A stretch of DNA of 64,000 nt from Nitrosopumilaceae archaeon. GTDB taxonomy: Archaea; Thermoproteota; Nitrososphaeria; Nitrososphaerales; Nitrosopumilaceae. Both the position numbers and the translations under genes were made by a program. The DNA lies in assembly GCA_965214835.1 (NCBI GenBank), contig CBDCCK010000002.1, positions 2,144,001-2,208,000 of the forward strand. The letters are read 5' to 3'. Of this stretch, positions 21,317 to 31,603 are shown one piece after another; positions within the stretch are counted from its first letter, which is position 1; each line of letters starts with the position of its first letter. The notes beneath the pieces were generated by a model. It worked only from the letters and a program-made list of their open reading frames with translations, searched no databases and had not been told where the DNA came from.

Positions 21317-21448
21317 GTCACGGGACTATTTGCAAGGCTGCGGGCGGCGTTTTATCTTGATTCGATGCAGAACCAGCTTGTATCCCCTGTAGACAATCCT
21401 GCAGGTATCGGTCAGTGCGGGGTTTTTAAAATGACAGGCTGTCGCCCT

Positions 21449-21540
21449 GTATGTGGTCACGTCCCCTTGTTAGCTAGGCACGAAAATCACAATCATGCAT
21501 CTAATTCGTGCCTGACTGATGGGGGTAGGTGGCCTCGTAC
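21449..21540. mobile_element. MITE family D, 92 bp
   Basis: Ends GTATGTGGTCAC / GTGGCCTCGTAC resemble the IS66 type-2 TIR; 8-bp TSD GTCGCCCT. Confidence 0.88.
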
Positions 21541-21763
21541 GTCGCCCTTTCATGCAGTCCACAAGGCACTCCTGTTTTTTGCGTCTTCACTGCCGGATCG
21601 GCGCGATTCTTGCAGGTACGCCATGGATTGTAACAGCTCGGATTCTGGAAGTTGTTCCTGATTTCAGGTACGAATATACTCAGGAGGCCTCCAGAGGTGG
21701 TAAAATCCACGCCTGAACTCCCAGAGCCCGACCTGTTACCATGGATTCCCTTATTTATCAGTC

Positions 21764-23188
21764 ATGCCTTGGTCTGTCATGTATCGTGTGGCAACAATGA
21801 TGCTGTCTGCGCTTGTCCTGTCGGGGCTGGCAGCGCCTGCCTTTGCCGCATGCCCGGCGATCTTCCCGCCTCTGGACTTTCATGTGATGCCAGACGACGA
21901 CGTCCAGGCCTTTGTCACGTATTCTGAGCCCCTCAGGATCCAGACACTGGTGGTGCAGCCCACATTTTCGGGAACCGCAACGGAGTTTGGGATGGTCATA
22001 CCCATCCCCGCTTGGCCCGAGATCAACGAGGCCCCCGAAGACATGTTCGAGGAGCTTTGGGAATACACGGGATTTCAAGAACATGTGGCAATGATTGCGA
22101 CAATCGAGGAATCTACTCTTCTCGGTGAATCGTCCGTAGTCGTGCTAGAGCAAAAGGCCGTGGGCGACTTTGAGACGACCCTGTTGACTGCAGGCGATGC
22201 CGGGGATCTGGTCGACTGGCTGAACTCGCACGACTTTCAGTTCGTAGGGGAGGATAAAGCAAACTTTGATTATTATGTGCAAAAGGGCGGGTACTATTTT
22301 GTAGCCATGAGGGTGAACATGGACGAGGCGGACGTCGGCGCCGACGGCATGATCAACGGAAAGCTGCGGCCGATAGAGTTTGTGTTCAAAAGTGAGCAGC
22401 CCATGCTGCCGTTCCGAATAATGGCACATGATATGGATCAGATGAGCTTTACACTGTACACGCTGGGCGAGATTCCCTATTATATCCCCGGGGTGAAAGT
22501 AACCTTTGCAGACAGGGTGCAGGACTGGCGCGGCGAACTCGAGTCGCTGGAAAGGTATCACCCAGCAGACCGGTGGCTGCTAAAGATGCACGTGGATTTT
22601 GATCCAAGGGCAATCGAGGGGAGCCTCATACTGCAGCGCTTCCACGACATTGGCGACTGGATTCCAATGCATCTGCCCGATATCGTGATCAACCCACACA
22701 TGTCCCTTCCGGGCTCCGGCATAGTGGTGCCCTTCCACCTGCTTGAGATGGACAGGGAGAGGATGGCCGGGATTGTGGAGGCAATCTCTGATGCCAAGTC
22801 ACTGGATTCAGAGTGTGATGACACAACACAGGCAATGCTCAGGCAGGACGGCAGCGGGCCCGTCTGCGTCGACGAACCGGCTGTGAGCCAGTACGCGCAG
22901 AGGGGCTGGGTGGAAATAGAGGCGCTGGCAGGAATGGATCCATGGAAGCGGGCGTTGGCGCTAGATGGGATCCTTCTGACGCCGAGCCTTGCATATTCTG
23001 CAACCCCGTTTGAGCAGGTACTCCTTGGCATTCCGCCTGAGAACATAGAGTGCAAGGACTACATGCAGCTGATGATCAGGCCTAGCGGAGGTTCTGCCTG
23101 CATCATGGAGTCAAGCGTAGACGGCCTTGCAGAGAGAGGGTGGACAAAGTCAACTATGGCTGCCGATGAGCTGCGACGGCTGTCATGA
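21764..23188 (+). CDS. Secreted DUF2330-like protein with two C-terminal Cys repeats
   Basis: Signal peptide; EFGMVIPIP, LVDWLNSH, YFVAMRV; repeats C...G..CV...RGW. Confidence 0.7.
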   Translation: MPWSVMYRVATMMLSALVLSGLAAPAFAACPAIFPPLDFHVMPDDDVQAFVTYSEPLRIQTLVVQPTFSGTATEFGMVIPIPAWPEINEAPEDMFEELWEYTGFQEHVAMIATIEESTLLGESSVVVLEQKAVGDFETTLLTAGDAGDLVDWLNSHDFQFVGEDKANFDYYVQKGGYYFVAMRVNMDEADVGADGMINGKLRPIEFVFKSEQPMLPFRIMAHDMDQMSFTLYTLGEIPYYIPGVKVTFADRVQDWRGELESLERYHPADRWLLKMHVDFDPRAIEGSLILQRFHDIGDWIPMHLPDIVINPHMSLPGSGIVVPFHLLEMDRERMAGIVEAISDAKSLDSECDDTTQAMLRQDGSGPVCVDEPAVSQYAQRGWVEIEALAGMDPWKRALALDGILLTPSLAYSATPFEQVLLGIPPENIECKDYMQLMIRPSGGSACIMESSVDGLAERGWTKSTMAADELRRLS

Positions 23189-23771
23189 CGGCACCGCAAA
23201 AAGGGCCGTGCCGTACCTCTGGCTGAATACTGCATCACCGCACCGTGGCACAAGGCCGGCTTCCCCTGACCAGATAATCATGAACCTGTGCCGTATCTGT
23301 GATTTTTATGCCTAGCCAGCAGGGGGGGATGTGGCCTCATACGCCGGATTGGCAGCAGCTCGGACTCGAAGCTTCGGCATGAATTTTACCGCCAAAGAGG
23401 CCTCCGCAGGTGTAACTCGTGCCTGAAATCACAAGTCGCTTCCAAAGCCCGATCTGTTGCCATTTTTGAAAGGTGGTGGGCTGTGGGGCATGATCCACCC
23501 TAATTTTTCAGTATTTTTTAGTTCTTTGGAGATTATCTGCAGTTCCCTTTCCATCTTGTATGCCCCTGCCTTCCTGCCTTTTTCATGCGCTGCATCAAAC
23601 GCGACAGGGGAGCGATTTGGCCGGACAAGCTTTTGATCCTCGGCAACCCCTGCCTCACCGTATAGGGTGGGACAGGGAGCTGCAAGCTTGGGAAATTTCA
23701 CCTTTGCCGTCTAGTTCACCGCACAGGAAGGTCTTTCTAAACGGCATGCAGACAAGAGCAGGTGAGATCTA

Positions 23772-24476
23772 TTGCCATCCAAGCTATATGTTTTACTATA
23801 TGATCTGAATCCCCGGTTGTGGCTTTGTCCATTTGCCAGCAGGTCGGTTTACCATATCGTGATGCTGGGGCTGTTTTACCATGTGCTGGGTCTGGTCTTG
23901 TTTGATGCAGGAAACAGGATCGCAGGCCACGCGGTTCCCGAATACGCCCCGTCCGGCCTGCCGGTCTCCATCGTCTCTGCACTGGCCTCGGGGCCGATAG
24001 AGGAGTCGATATTTTTTGGAATACCATACCTAGTGTTTTCCAGCCCGTATGCACTTCTGGCGGCAGGCTCTATTTGGTCACTGCTACACCTGTTCAACGC
24101 GGCCGCCCTTGATCCTGCCAGCATCTCATATGGCGCCTTTTTGTTTACGATTCCACACATCTTTTTTAGCATCAGGACCTGGACCTGCGGCCGGGGATGG
24201 ATTGCAATTGCCTTTCACTCTGCGTGGAATCTGGCCGTGCTGCTGTCTGCCTGCGGTACCGGCTCCGTTGCTTGCAGCGTGTTCGGGGAGGGAGACCTCC
24301 TCCCCAAGGACATGCTGCTGCTTGCAGTCTCGGTCACCGTCTCTGTCCTGATTTACATGTCATACAAGAGGAAGCAGGGACGGCCCTTCCCGCGGATCTA
24401 TTATGCAGCATCCCTGTCGGTTTTGATCCTGGCCGCGGCGGCCCTGATGATTTTAAGCCTGTGGCTACTTCCTTAG
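23772..24476 (+). CDS. CPBP/Abi-family intramembrane metalloprotease
   Basis: GPIEESIFFG, WSLLH, HSAWN; multiple TMs. Confidence 0.8.
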   Translation: MPSKLYVLLYDLNPRLWLCPFASRSVYHIVMLGLFYHVLGLVLFDAGNRIAGHAVPEYAPSGLPVSIVSALASGPIEESIFFGIPYLVFSSPYALLAAGSIWSLLHLFNAAALDPASISYGAFLFTIPHIFFSIRTWTCGRGWIAIAFHSAWNLAVLLSACGTGSVACSVFGEGDLLPKDMLLLAVSVTVSVLIYMSYKRKQGRPFPRIYYAASLSVLILAAAALMILSLWLLP

Positions 24477-25076
24477 CTGCCTTTGCAGCGCAACTAGGTT
24501 CCGTATGTTTGCATCTATTGCCCTGCGCAATCCCGGCAGATTCCTGTAGAGATACCTCCACTGCTCGACGAATTTTGGATCAGATGTAAGCAGTATCTCC
24601 CCGATGAAGACGAACATTTCATGGGATATGTCGCCTGGATTGCTCCTGAGCAGGGAAATCTGTTCCTCTATTGAAATCCCGTATTCTACGTATCTTCTGA
24701 AGACCGTCTTTGATGCCTTGGGGTTGACTGCAATTCTTTTCACGTCGAATCCCTCCCCGTTTAGCATTTCCAAAAACTCAGACCTTTGGCTCCATATCAG
24801 AAAGTAGTTCTCTAGCTTCTGGCGTATGGCCCTGTCAATTCTTGCAAAGTACACAATCCCGTAAAATGTCGGACCATACGCCTTTTTTTTGCGCCCGTCT
24901 GTTTTTTGCTCGTATACCTTCAGCCTTCCGGTCCCCTCCAGATCCTTAAAGTGCCTGTGAATCGTGCCCAGGGAAATCCGCGTGCCGGTACCTGTGGAGT
25001 ACAGGGTTTGCGGACCCCTGTCTAGTATGTGCCTGAATATATCCGCCGAGATCCTGTCCTTTCCTGATATGTCCAT
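24465..25076 (-). CDS. Winged-helix transcriptional regulator
   Basis: ISLGTIHRHFKDLE...GRKKKAYGPT. Confidence 0.7.
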   Translation of the reverse strand: MDISGKDRISADIFRHILDRGPQTLYSTGTGTRISLGTIHRHFKDLEGTGRLKVYEQKTDGRKKKAYGPTFYGIVYFARIDRAIRQKLENYFLIWSQRSEFLEMLNGEGFDVKRIAVNPKASKTVFRRYVEYGISIEEQISLLRSNPGDISHEMFVFIGEILLTSDPKFVEQWRYLYRNLPGLRRAIDANIRNLVALQRQLRK

Positions 25077-25131
25077 CTTATTCCATATATTTGGAAATAA
25101 TGGATATATTCATTTCTATCGATATATTACT

Positions 25132-26232
25132 ATGTACCGTGAACTTGCAATCATTCTGGCAGTATTTTGCACGGCCCCAGTATATGGCGTGCAGCTTGAC
25201 GCTAACATACTAGGAGATCAGATAGAGCCGGAGTTTAGGTTTCTAAGGGTGGTGACCATTGAACATCCTGCCGGCAGTCAGCTTGCAGAGGCGTTCAGAG
25301 ACGCAGACTCTGAGATTGCATTTGCCATCAACTCTACGGGCCCTAGCGGCCTGGTGGATACCTTCAACCGGGGCATACGGGAGGAGCTTAGCACCGCTGC
25401 CGTCGAAAGCATCGCATTAAAATACAGGGCAGTGATCTCGCCGCAGCCGCAGTCTACTACGATCGAATACAAGGTTGATGTAATCCCCGTGTTGTCTGGC
25501 ACTACAAGCTCTGATTTTGTGGACTTTCAGTGGAGGGGCTTTGACATTACCGAACCTGTAGTGGTTTCCACCCGGTACGGGGAGTATGACATCAACCATC
25601 CTTCATCTGCACTGCAGGCGCTTGCACCCCTGGCATACGAAAAGCTCGAAAAGACCGGTGCCGACAGGCTGCTGTCTGCCCATATGCTTGATGCCTCGGG
25701 ACTGCGGATCCCGCTGCCAGACTGGCACTTCCTGTTTGACCCCATAGGGAGGCTACTACCCGACATGGCAATCGATACCGTGGTATCTCAGTACAGCCTG
25801 GGCCAGTGCAAGATTACCGACAAGCAGATCTGCAGGGACAAAAGCCACAAAGTGGACGTACGTCTGGACGAAAAATACACGATCCACTCAACAGAATCAA
25901 AGGATGATGCGACCGTGATGCTCCTAGGATATACCATGGTGACATCAGTCCATGGGTTGGAATACTTTGAGCGCATTCCCGAGGCGGCCACCGGCCCGAT
26001 TGAGGATCTCTCCGTCATGCTGATATACGGCATGGCAGGCATAGCAGCTGCTGCAGGAGGGATATTCTTCGTCATCAGTGGAAGAAAATCACGCAAGGAG
26101 GAGGGAATGGGCCAGACAGGAATAGATCCTGCCAACCTGATATCCTACGATACCGCTGCAGGCAGCGGCGCCTATCACACCAACCGGGGCGAGTCCGTTG
26201 TGCGCGGGACTGTGGCGCGCTCGGCCGTATAG
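25132..26232 (+). CDS. Secreted, C-terminally membrane-anchored hypothetical protein
   Basis: Signal peptide, late TM followed by basic tail, TGIDP..L...YHTNRGE tail. Confidence 0.7.
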   Translation: MYRELAIILAVFCTAPVYGVQLDANILGDQIEPEFRFLRVVTIEHPAGSQLAEAFRDADSEIAFAINSTGPSGLVDTFNRGIREELSTAAVESIALKYRAVISPQPQSTTIEYKVDVIPVLSGTTSSDFVDFQWRGFDITEPVVVSTRYGEYDINHPSSALQALAPLAYEKLEKTGADRLLSAHMLDASGLRIPLPDWHFLFDPIGRLLPDMAIDTVVSQYSLGQCKITDKQICRDKSHKVDVRLDEKYTIHSTESKDDATVMLLGYTMVTSVHGLEYFERIPEAATGPIEDLSVMLIYGMAGIAAAAGGIFFVISGRKSRKEEGMGQTGIDPANLISYDTAAGSGAYHTNRGESVVRGTVARSAV

Positions 26233-26259
26233 TCCTGCACCGCAACCTTCCACCCACCT

Positions 26260-26360
26260 GTAAGAGTTTACCCTCCAGAAAATACGGTGTGGGGAGCATG
26301 GTGATCAAGGCCCTGGCCGGCAGTGTCGCCTGGGGGGGGGGGGGGGGGGTAACCTCTTGT
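26260..26360. mobile_element. MITE family A with expanded G18 tract
   Basis: GTAAGAGTTTACCC start; GTCGCCT-G18-TAACCTCTTG end. Confidence 0.8.
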
Positions 26361-26362
26361 CT

Positions 26363-26587
26363 TCACCCGTTGACAAAGGAGTATTTCTCCCCGCATTTGC
26401 CGCACCTGTCATGAACGCCCTCCTCCGGCTTTGTCATCCCGCAGGTGCTGCAATACCGCATGGCACTCCTTTCCATGATCTGCTGAGAGCAGCTTAGCAT
26501 CTCCTTGGGAGTATGCTGGCTTTTTGGTCTAGTGCAGATGGGACACAACTCGTCTCCTGTCATTGGCTTTGGTGGATCCGTCATCAT
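26363..26587 (-). CDS. Small zinc-finger protein
   Basis: CPIC...H...C, CSTC, CGKC motifs. Confidence 0.65.
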   Translation of the reverse strand: MMTDPPKPMTGDELCPICTRPKSQHTPKEMLSCSQQIMERSAMRYCSTCGMTKPEEGVHDRCGKCGEKYSFVNG

Positions 26588-26864
26588 GTTTTGTAGGTCG
26601 GCAATTTTTCCTTTTATTAATTACGCATAAAACCGGGGATTTGGCGCGTTTTTGGAGTCATTTGTAGGGTATCATGGCCCGTACGTGGCCTGCCGCACGG
26701 ATAATGTGGGCCGGCCCTGGGGTGCGCAAAAACCACCCTTGCACCGACGTCCGCAGTACTGCCGTGCGTTTGGCAGGCAGCCACCTGTTCCGATCCAGAC
26801 CATGGACAAAAGTCGGCCGAGTCAAATACTTTGAATATTTATTGATCTGCATTTCGCTTAATGT

Positions 26865-27797
26865 ATGCAGGACAGGAAGCTGCTGATTGGAATCGGCATG
26901 GTATCTGTCCCCTTCATCGTGGCCCTCTCCCTGCACCCTGACAGCTTTGGCTTTAGCTGGAACCAGGGACGCGGCGGCTTTATGTTTGCACTGGCATTTG
27001 TCATTGCCGAGCTGGTCGGATTAAAGCTGTCCGTCCCCAAGACGCGGCTGCTGTATGCCGTTCCAGTCACTGCTGCCATCATCGGATATTTTGTTGCCCT
27101 GGAGATCGGGCTCCGCGAGGCAATCAACGATGCGGCCTCCAGCTACGACGTCCAGCTGTTGGATTCCTGGACCTGGATGTGGGACTTTGTGCTTATGGCA
27201 ATCTATATGATTGCCGTGCTTTTCATCTTCTTTGGAAAAAGATGGATCCGCATCGGCCCTGCAGGCCCGATCTTTCTTGCAGGAAGCGCCGCAATTTTGT
27301 CCCTGGATGCGTTTTTCCCCTACGATACCCTGGGGCCGCTACAGTATGTCGTCCCATACCTGGTTCAGGCAAACGTCTGGGTGATCACCGCACTCGACCT
27401 TGGAACTGCGACTGCGCGGGACAATGTGATGTTCCTGCGAGGAGACTTTGGGCCGATGGTACTGCAGGTATTCTGGCCGTCTGCCGGCGTTCACAGTGTG
27501 ATCATCTATTCCCTTGTCATGATGGCATTTTTGCTCAAGATGCGGATTCCAAGAGGGCGCAAGTCGGTGTATTTTGTCCTGGGAATCCTGGGAACCATCG
27601 GCGTGAACATGATCAGGATCTTCTCCCTGTCCGTTTATGCGCTAAAGGTCACGACTGACGCTGCGCGGTGGGAGGAGTTCCACAAGATAGCCGGAGAGAT
27701 AATGTTCCTTCCATGGCTGTTTATGTTCCTGATGGCAGTCATGATAATAGAGTCTAGGCGCCTCAGGCGTGAGGAGGACTCTAAAAACAGTCCGTAG
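26865..27797 (+). CDS. Thaumarchaeosortase (archaeosortase/exosortase family, Ser at the catalytic position)
   Basis: Multi-TM; VFWPSAGVHS, NMIRI, FHKIAGE. Confidence 0.85.
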   Translation: MQDRKLLIGIGMVSVPFIVALSLHPDSFGFSWNQGRGGFMFALAFVIAELVGLKLSVPKTRLLYAVPVTAAIIGYFVALEIGLREAINDAASSYDVQLLDSWTWMWDFVLMAIYMIAVLFIFFGKRWIRIGPAGPIFLAGSAAILSLDAFFPYDTLGPLQYVVPYLVQANVWVITALDLGTATARDNVMFLRGDFGPMVLQVFWPSAGVHSVIIYSLVMMAFLLKMRIPRGRKSVYFVLGILGTIGVNMIRIFSLSVYALKVTTDAARWEEFHKIAGEIMFLPWLFMFLMAVMIIESRRLRREEDSKNSP

Positions 27798-27876
27798 TGA
27801 TGCGGGATCCCCTGACATCTGGCACCGGTGCCTAGACTGCAAGAAGGGCTCAAAACAGCTCACAATGCTGCGCCTG

Positions 27877-27902
27877 CAAGCTCATCGAACCAGATGAGCT
27901 TG
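27877..27902. terminator. Perfect 10-bp stem-loop between convergent genes
   Basis: CAAGCTCATC-GAACCA-GATGAGCTTG; terminator function is only inferred. Confidence 0.35.
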
Positions 27903-27925
27903 AGCCAGCGCGAGGGGGGGGGGCT

Positions 27926-29017
27926 CTAAAAATAACTAGTAATGCTGCTCTGTCCCTGGATTTCGGTCAGCTCTGAGACCTTCACGCCCAGCCTTCTGAC
28001 CGGGAGATCCTGGCCCTCTAGTGCTTCTGCCAGCAGTGACTCTGCTGTCTTTTCCAGCTCCCTTTGGCTGTTGGTCGGGTTTCTGAGCATCCTTGACTTT
28101 GTCCGGCTTGACAGATCCGACTGAAAAAACTGTATTCCTACGGACTTGAACATGCGGTTGTTCTCCAAGACCGTCTGGTGTAGCTGCCCGCAGATCTTCC
28201 TTAGCACTGGCAGCAAAAACCCGTACTCTTTGGAGTCCTGCCTTAGTGTGACGATCCTGCTGTATTGTATGCTGGGCTCCCGTTTTTTTACTGGTTCGTT
28301 GCTTATCCCCCTTGCAGAATTGTAGATGTATGCGCCGCTCCTTCTGCCAAAAACCTGGTTCAGCCTGAAGATATCGACTTGTCTTAGCTCACCGATGGTC
28401 TCCAGGTTCATCTCCGAGAACCTCTCCTCTGTCTTTTTGCCGATTCCCGGAATGTCCCTGATTTTCAGCTGATCCAAAAATCCCTCCACCTGTCCGGACT
28501 CTACGACCGTCAGGCCGTCAGGCTTTTTGAAATCCGACGCGATTTTTGAGACCAGCTTGTTCGGAGACACCCCCACTGAGCAGGTCATTTTCAGCTTTTC
28601 CCTGATTTGGTTTTTGATCTTCTGTGCTAGGTGGCTTGCAGTCTTAAAGTCACCTCCCGCCTTTTTTGTGACCTCCAGATACGCCTCATCCCGCCCCACA
28701 TACTCAAACACGTCTGCGTTCTCGCTCATAATTTTCATTGCCTGTTCTGAAACCTCCGAGTAAAAGTCAAAGTCTACGGGCAGAAAAACCGCATCAGGGG
28801 CCCCCTCCAGCCTGTTTTTTGCAAACCTTATCGGCATTCCTGACCTTACCCCGAAATCCCTGGCCGCATAGTTGGCAGTGGCAATGGCCCCACTGTCCTC
28901 CCCCCTGTCTGAAAACACACATACTGCAACGGGCCTTCCTTTCAGGGTGGGGTTTCGTATCTCTTCACATTGTGCATAGAAGTAATCAAAATCAATGTGG
29001 AAGATAATCCTGCCCAT
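27926..29017 (-). CDS. dinB: Y-family DNA polymerase IV (DinB/Dpo4)
   Basis: HIDFDYFYAQ, TANYAAR, DEAYL, KPDG, PGIGKKT, C-terminal PIP box QSSITSYF. Confidence 0.95.
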   Translation of the reverse strand: MGRIIFHIDFDYFYAQCEEIRNPTLKGRPVAVCVFSDRGEDSGAIATANYAARDFGVRSGMPIRFAKNRLEGAPDAVFLPVDFDFYSEVSEQAMKIMSENADVFEYVGRDEAYLEVTKKAGGDFKTASHLAQKIKNQIREKLKMTCSVGVSPNKLVSKIASDFKKPDGLTVVESGQVEGFLDQLKIRDIPGIGKKTEERFSEMNLETIGELRQVDIFRLNQVFGRRSGAYIYNSARGISNEPVKKREPSIQYSRIVTLRQDSKEYGFLLPVLRKICGQLHQTVLENNRMFKSVGIQFFQSDLSSRTKSRMLRNPTNSQRELEKTAESLLAEALEGQDLPVRRLGVKVSELTEIQGQSSITSYF

Positions 29018-29094
29018 GTTATCTGTTGCTGGAAATTACTTATTATAATATCGAGGGCAGCTCATCTAAATACTCCAATGGCCTGTCCTTGTAT

Positions 29095-29340
29095 GTGAGT
29101 GATCCTGTTACCGTAAGCGAAGGGGGCGTAAACCTCAAGCCCAATCTAATGGAAAAAGAGAGGCTCTATCACTGCTTTTTCCGTGATAGGCTAATGCTGT
29201 TCTTCAAAGATGCTCAGGACTTCCTTAACTGCTACGAGATTGAGGAGAGGGATCTTGTAGAGAACGCTCGGGGCGCCTCAGACGGTGACATTGAAAAAAT
29301 TTTTGAAGAGTATATTAGAACCCAAGACCTTAATAATTAA
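29095..29340 (+). CDS. Conserved hypothetical protein (start uncertain)
   Basis: ORF with LYHC...LFFKD..LNCYEIEE. Confidence 0.55.
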   Translation: MSDPVTVSEGGVNLKPNLMEKERLYHCFFRDRLMLFFKDAQDFLNCYEIEERDLVENARGASDGDIEKIFEEYIRTQDLNN

Positions 29341-29377
29341 ATAAAAGCAAATCAAGTTTTTGTAGCGACGATGCAAA

Positions 29378-29977
29378 TTGAGCGATCCAAGAAAATCTAA
29401 AGATGCTGAGGATATTTTAGCAGAATTTACTAGCAATAAGGAACCTCCGCCAGAACCAACTATGGAACCAGAACCTCCGCCAGAACCAACTATGGAACCA
29501 GAACCTGCGCCAGAACCAACTATAGAACCAGAGCCTGCACTGGAGCCAACTGCAGAACCAACAGAGCCAACTGCAGAACCAACAGAGCCAACTGCAGAAC
29601 CAACAGAGCCAACTGCAGAACCAACAGAGCCAACTGCAGAACCAACAGAGCCAACTGCAGAACCTGAACCAGCACCAGAAAGTCCTGATAACTCGGGAGC
29701 CAATCTTGAACGTAATGTTATCTTTGTTGGAACAAAACCCATCATGACATATGTGACTGCAACACTAACACAGCTGGCCTCGCAGAATGTAGTGACCATC
29801 AAGGCCAGGGGAAAAAGGATCACACAGGCAGTTGATGTATCGCAAATGATTGTAAAGCGCATGGATACTGTAGGATACGTCGTGTCCAAAGTCAGAATAG
29901 CATCTGACTCTTTGACCTCTCAGGATGGAAGAGAAAGAAACGTCTCCACCATTGAAATTGACATTACAAAAGCGTAA
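29378..29977 (+). CDS. albA: Alba chromatin protein with long Pro/Glu/Thr repeat N-terminus
   Basis: IFVGTKPIMTYV, IKARGKRITQAVDV, RNVSTIEI. Confidence 0.9.
   Translation: MSDPRKSKDAEDILAEFTSNKEPPPEPTMEPEPPPEPTMEPEPAPEPTIEPEPALEPTAEPTEPTAEPTEPTAEPTEPTAEPTEPTAEPTEPTAEPEPAPESPDNSGANLERNVIFVGTKPIMTYVTATLTQLASQNVVTIKARGKRITQAVDVSQMIVKRMDTVGYVVSKVRIASDSLTSQDGRERNVSTIEIDITKA
29441..29664 (+). repeat. Coding tandem repeats: 30 bp x3, then 21 bp x5 plus a partial unit
   Basis: GAACCTCCGCCAGAACCAACTATGGAACCA (third unit imperfect) and GAGCCAACTGCAGAACCAACA. Confidence 0.95.
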
Positions 29978-30200
29978 CACTAGAGGGATTGTTCTTGTCA
30001 TCGTAGTCTCTATTTCACTAGCGGGCCTGGCATCTGTGGCAATCGGAGACTCCTGCGAGATTCAGCACGTAGATCTGCTTGCCGACATCAACGAATACGA
30101 GCAGACCATGGATCCTGATTTTTGCTACTCTGTAGTTGAGCGGATTGGCTCATTTAACGACAAGTGTGATATTCATCTTGAAATACTAGATTGTGGGTAG
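29978..30200 (+). CDS. Small membrane-anchored Cys-containing hypothetical protein (start uncertain)
   Basis: Hydrophobic segment, then DPDFC...FNDKC...LDCG. Confidence 0.55.
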
Positions 30201-30809
30201 ATCTGCCAGGAAGGTCACCCCAAAGTAGATCAGCACACCGCTTACTGCGACTCCAGCGGCCTTGTAACTCCTGTCTGATAGAAATCTGCTGCCTTTTGAT
30301 GCCAGTAGCGCCGTGGCCCCCAGCCACGCAAAATCCATCCATATGTGCAGCGCAAACATGACAAGGATCCCGTAGGCTGACCACAGCTCCATTGAGTCTG
30401 AGATTAGCTTGGAGCCTATTGTAAGCCACCAAATTATGAAAAACGGGTTCAGGCCGCTCAGAATGACGCCTGCCAGTATTGGTCCGTGCCCGCGGTTTTT
30501 TGGCTCAGATGATTTATCCGCAATGACTGATCTGATCTGCAGCCCCGCAAAGGCAAACAGCCCAGCCGCACCCAGTACCGTAATGCTGGCCCTGAGCTGT
30601 GGGATCGCCTCAAGCGAGACAATTCCAGCTCCCAAAACCATGACCAGTGGCAGCTCGATGGCCGCGTGCCCAATCGCAATCTTTAGCCCCGCCCATGCCC
30701 CATGCCTGATTCCGTAGAAAAGGTTTGATGCAAACAGTGGGCCCGGAGACATGACCCCGGACATGGATATCAGCACAACTGCCGCTGCAAAGGCAAGAAA
30801 CTCCTGCAT
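30186..30809 (-). CDS. LysE-family translocator
   Basis: SGVMSPGPL, GHAAIE, LNPFFIIWW. Confidence 0.88.
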   Translation of the reverse strand: MQEFLAFAAAVVLISMSGVMSPGPLFASNLFYGIRHGAWAGLKIAIGHAAIELPLVMVLGAGIVSLEAIPQLRASITVLGAAGLFAFAGLQIRSVIADKSSEPKNRGHGPILAGVILSGLNPFFIIWWLTIGSKLISDSMELWSAYGILVMFALHIWMDFAWLGATALLASKGSRFLSDRSYKAAGVAVSGVLIYFGVTFLADLPTI

Positions 30810-30844
30810 ATGCCAAATCTTGGGGCCAAAGCCAGTTAATACGG

Positions 30845-31561
30845 TTATCCGTACATGCCGTCCTTTAGGTGCCTTGCCTCCTGTTCGGTCTCTTTGATTA
30901 TTTTTTCTGCCTTTTTTGCCTCGTCTTGCAGCAGCTCGATGTTGCAGGATGCCCCCGGAACCAGTTTTGACATGGCGCCGCATAGCTGGGCACTGGCCTT
31001 AAAGTCCGGCCCCTGGCTTACCGAGTGAAACAGGATAACCGCGACGTCCTGTCCGCGCAGCATCCCCTCATTGAGCAGGCATCCCGGAATTCCCGGAATC
31101 GTCCCCTGACTCAGAACGCTGATTCCCGCCTCCAGCAGTCTTTTTTTTGCACCGTCCGTGCTTGCTGCGGCCAGCACCCCATCACCGAGATCTGGAATCC
31201 TTACTGCAACGCTTGACACAATCAAGCCTACTTTGTGCTCCTTGGCCCAGTCCAGCATTGATCTTGCAATGATCCTGTGCAGTGATCCGTGAATCGTAAG
31301 ATATGACGAAAAGATCCCTACCTTGAGATCATTGTTTACAAATATTCTTGTGGGGTAGTTTGGCTTCCCGTCCCTCACTAGGCTTACCGGGGGAAAGCTG
31401 TCTGAATCGATGATCCCTGCCTGCCTGAACTGTGACGTGTGGATCATTGACTCTGTGGCAATCGCACTGGAGAATCCTACGGATGGAAAGCCGTCAATCA
31501 GGTAGCCGTCTTTGAGGTTGATTTGCTCTAGCTCCCTTATTGTGATTTCTGGCTGCGACAT
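30845..31561 (-). CDS. PAC2-family proteasome assembly chaperone
   Basis: LIDGFPSVG, FPPV, GIPGCLL, PDFKAS. Confidence 0.85.
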   Translation of the reverse strand: MSQPEITIRELEQINLKDGYLIDGFPSVGFSSAIATESMIHTSQFRQAGIIDSDSFPPVSLVRDGKPNYPTRIFVNNDLKVGIFSSYLTIHGSLHRIIARSMLDWAKEHKVGLIVSSVAVRIPDLGDGVLAAASTDGAKKRLLEAGISVLSQGTIPGIPGCLLNEGMLRGQDVAVILFHSVSQGPDFKASAQLCGAMSKLVPGASCNIELLQDEAKKAEKIIKETEQEARHLKDGMYG

Positions 31562-31603
31562 GACTGAACTGGCTCTGTAGTGGGTAATAGGTTTTGCCTG
31601 GTT

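Noticed and set aside
23429-23701. Short minus-strand ORF with an AT-rich core
   Set aside because: No recognisable domain; flanked by repeat fragments
29441-29664. Alba tandem repeats as a CRISPR or ncRNA array
   Set aside because: No spacers; unit lengths are multiples of 3 within an ORF
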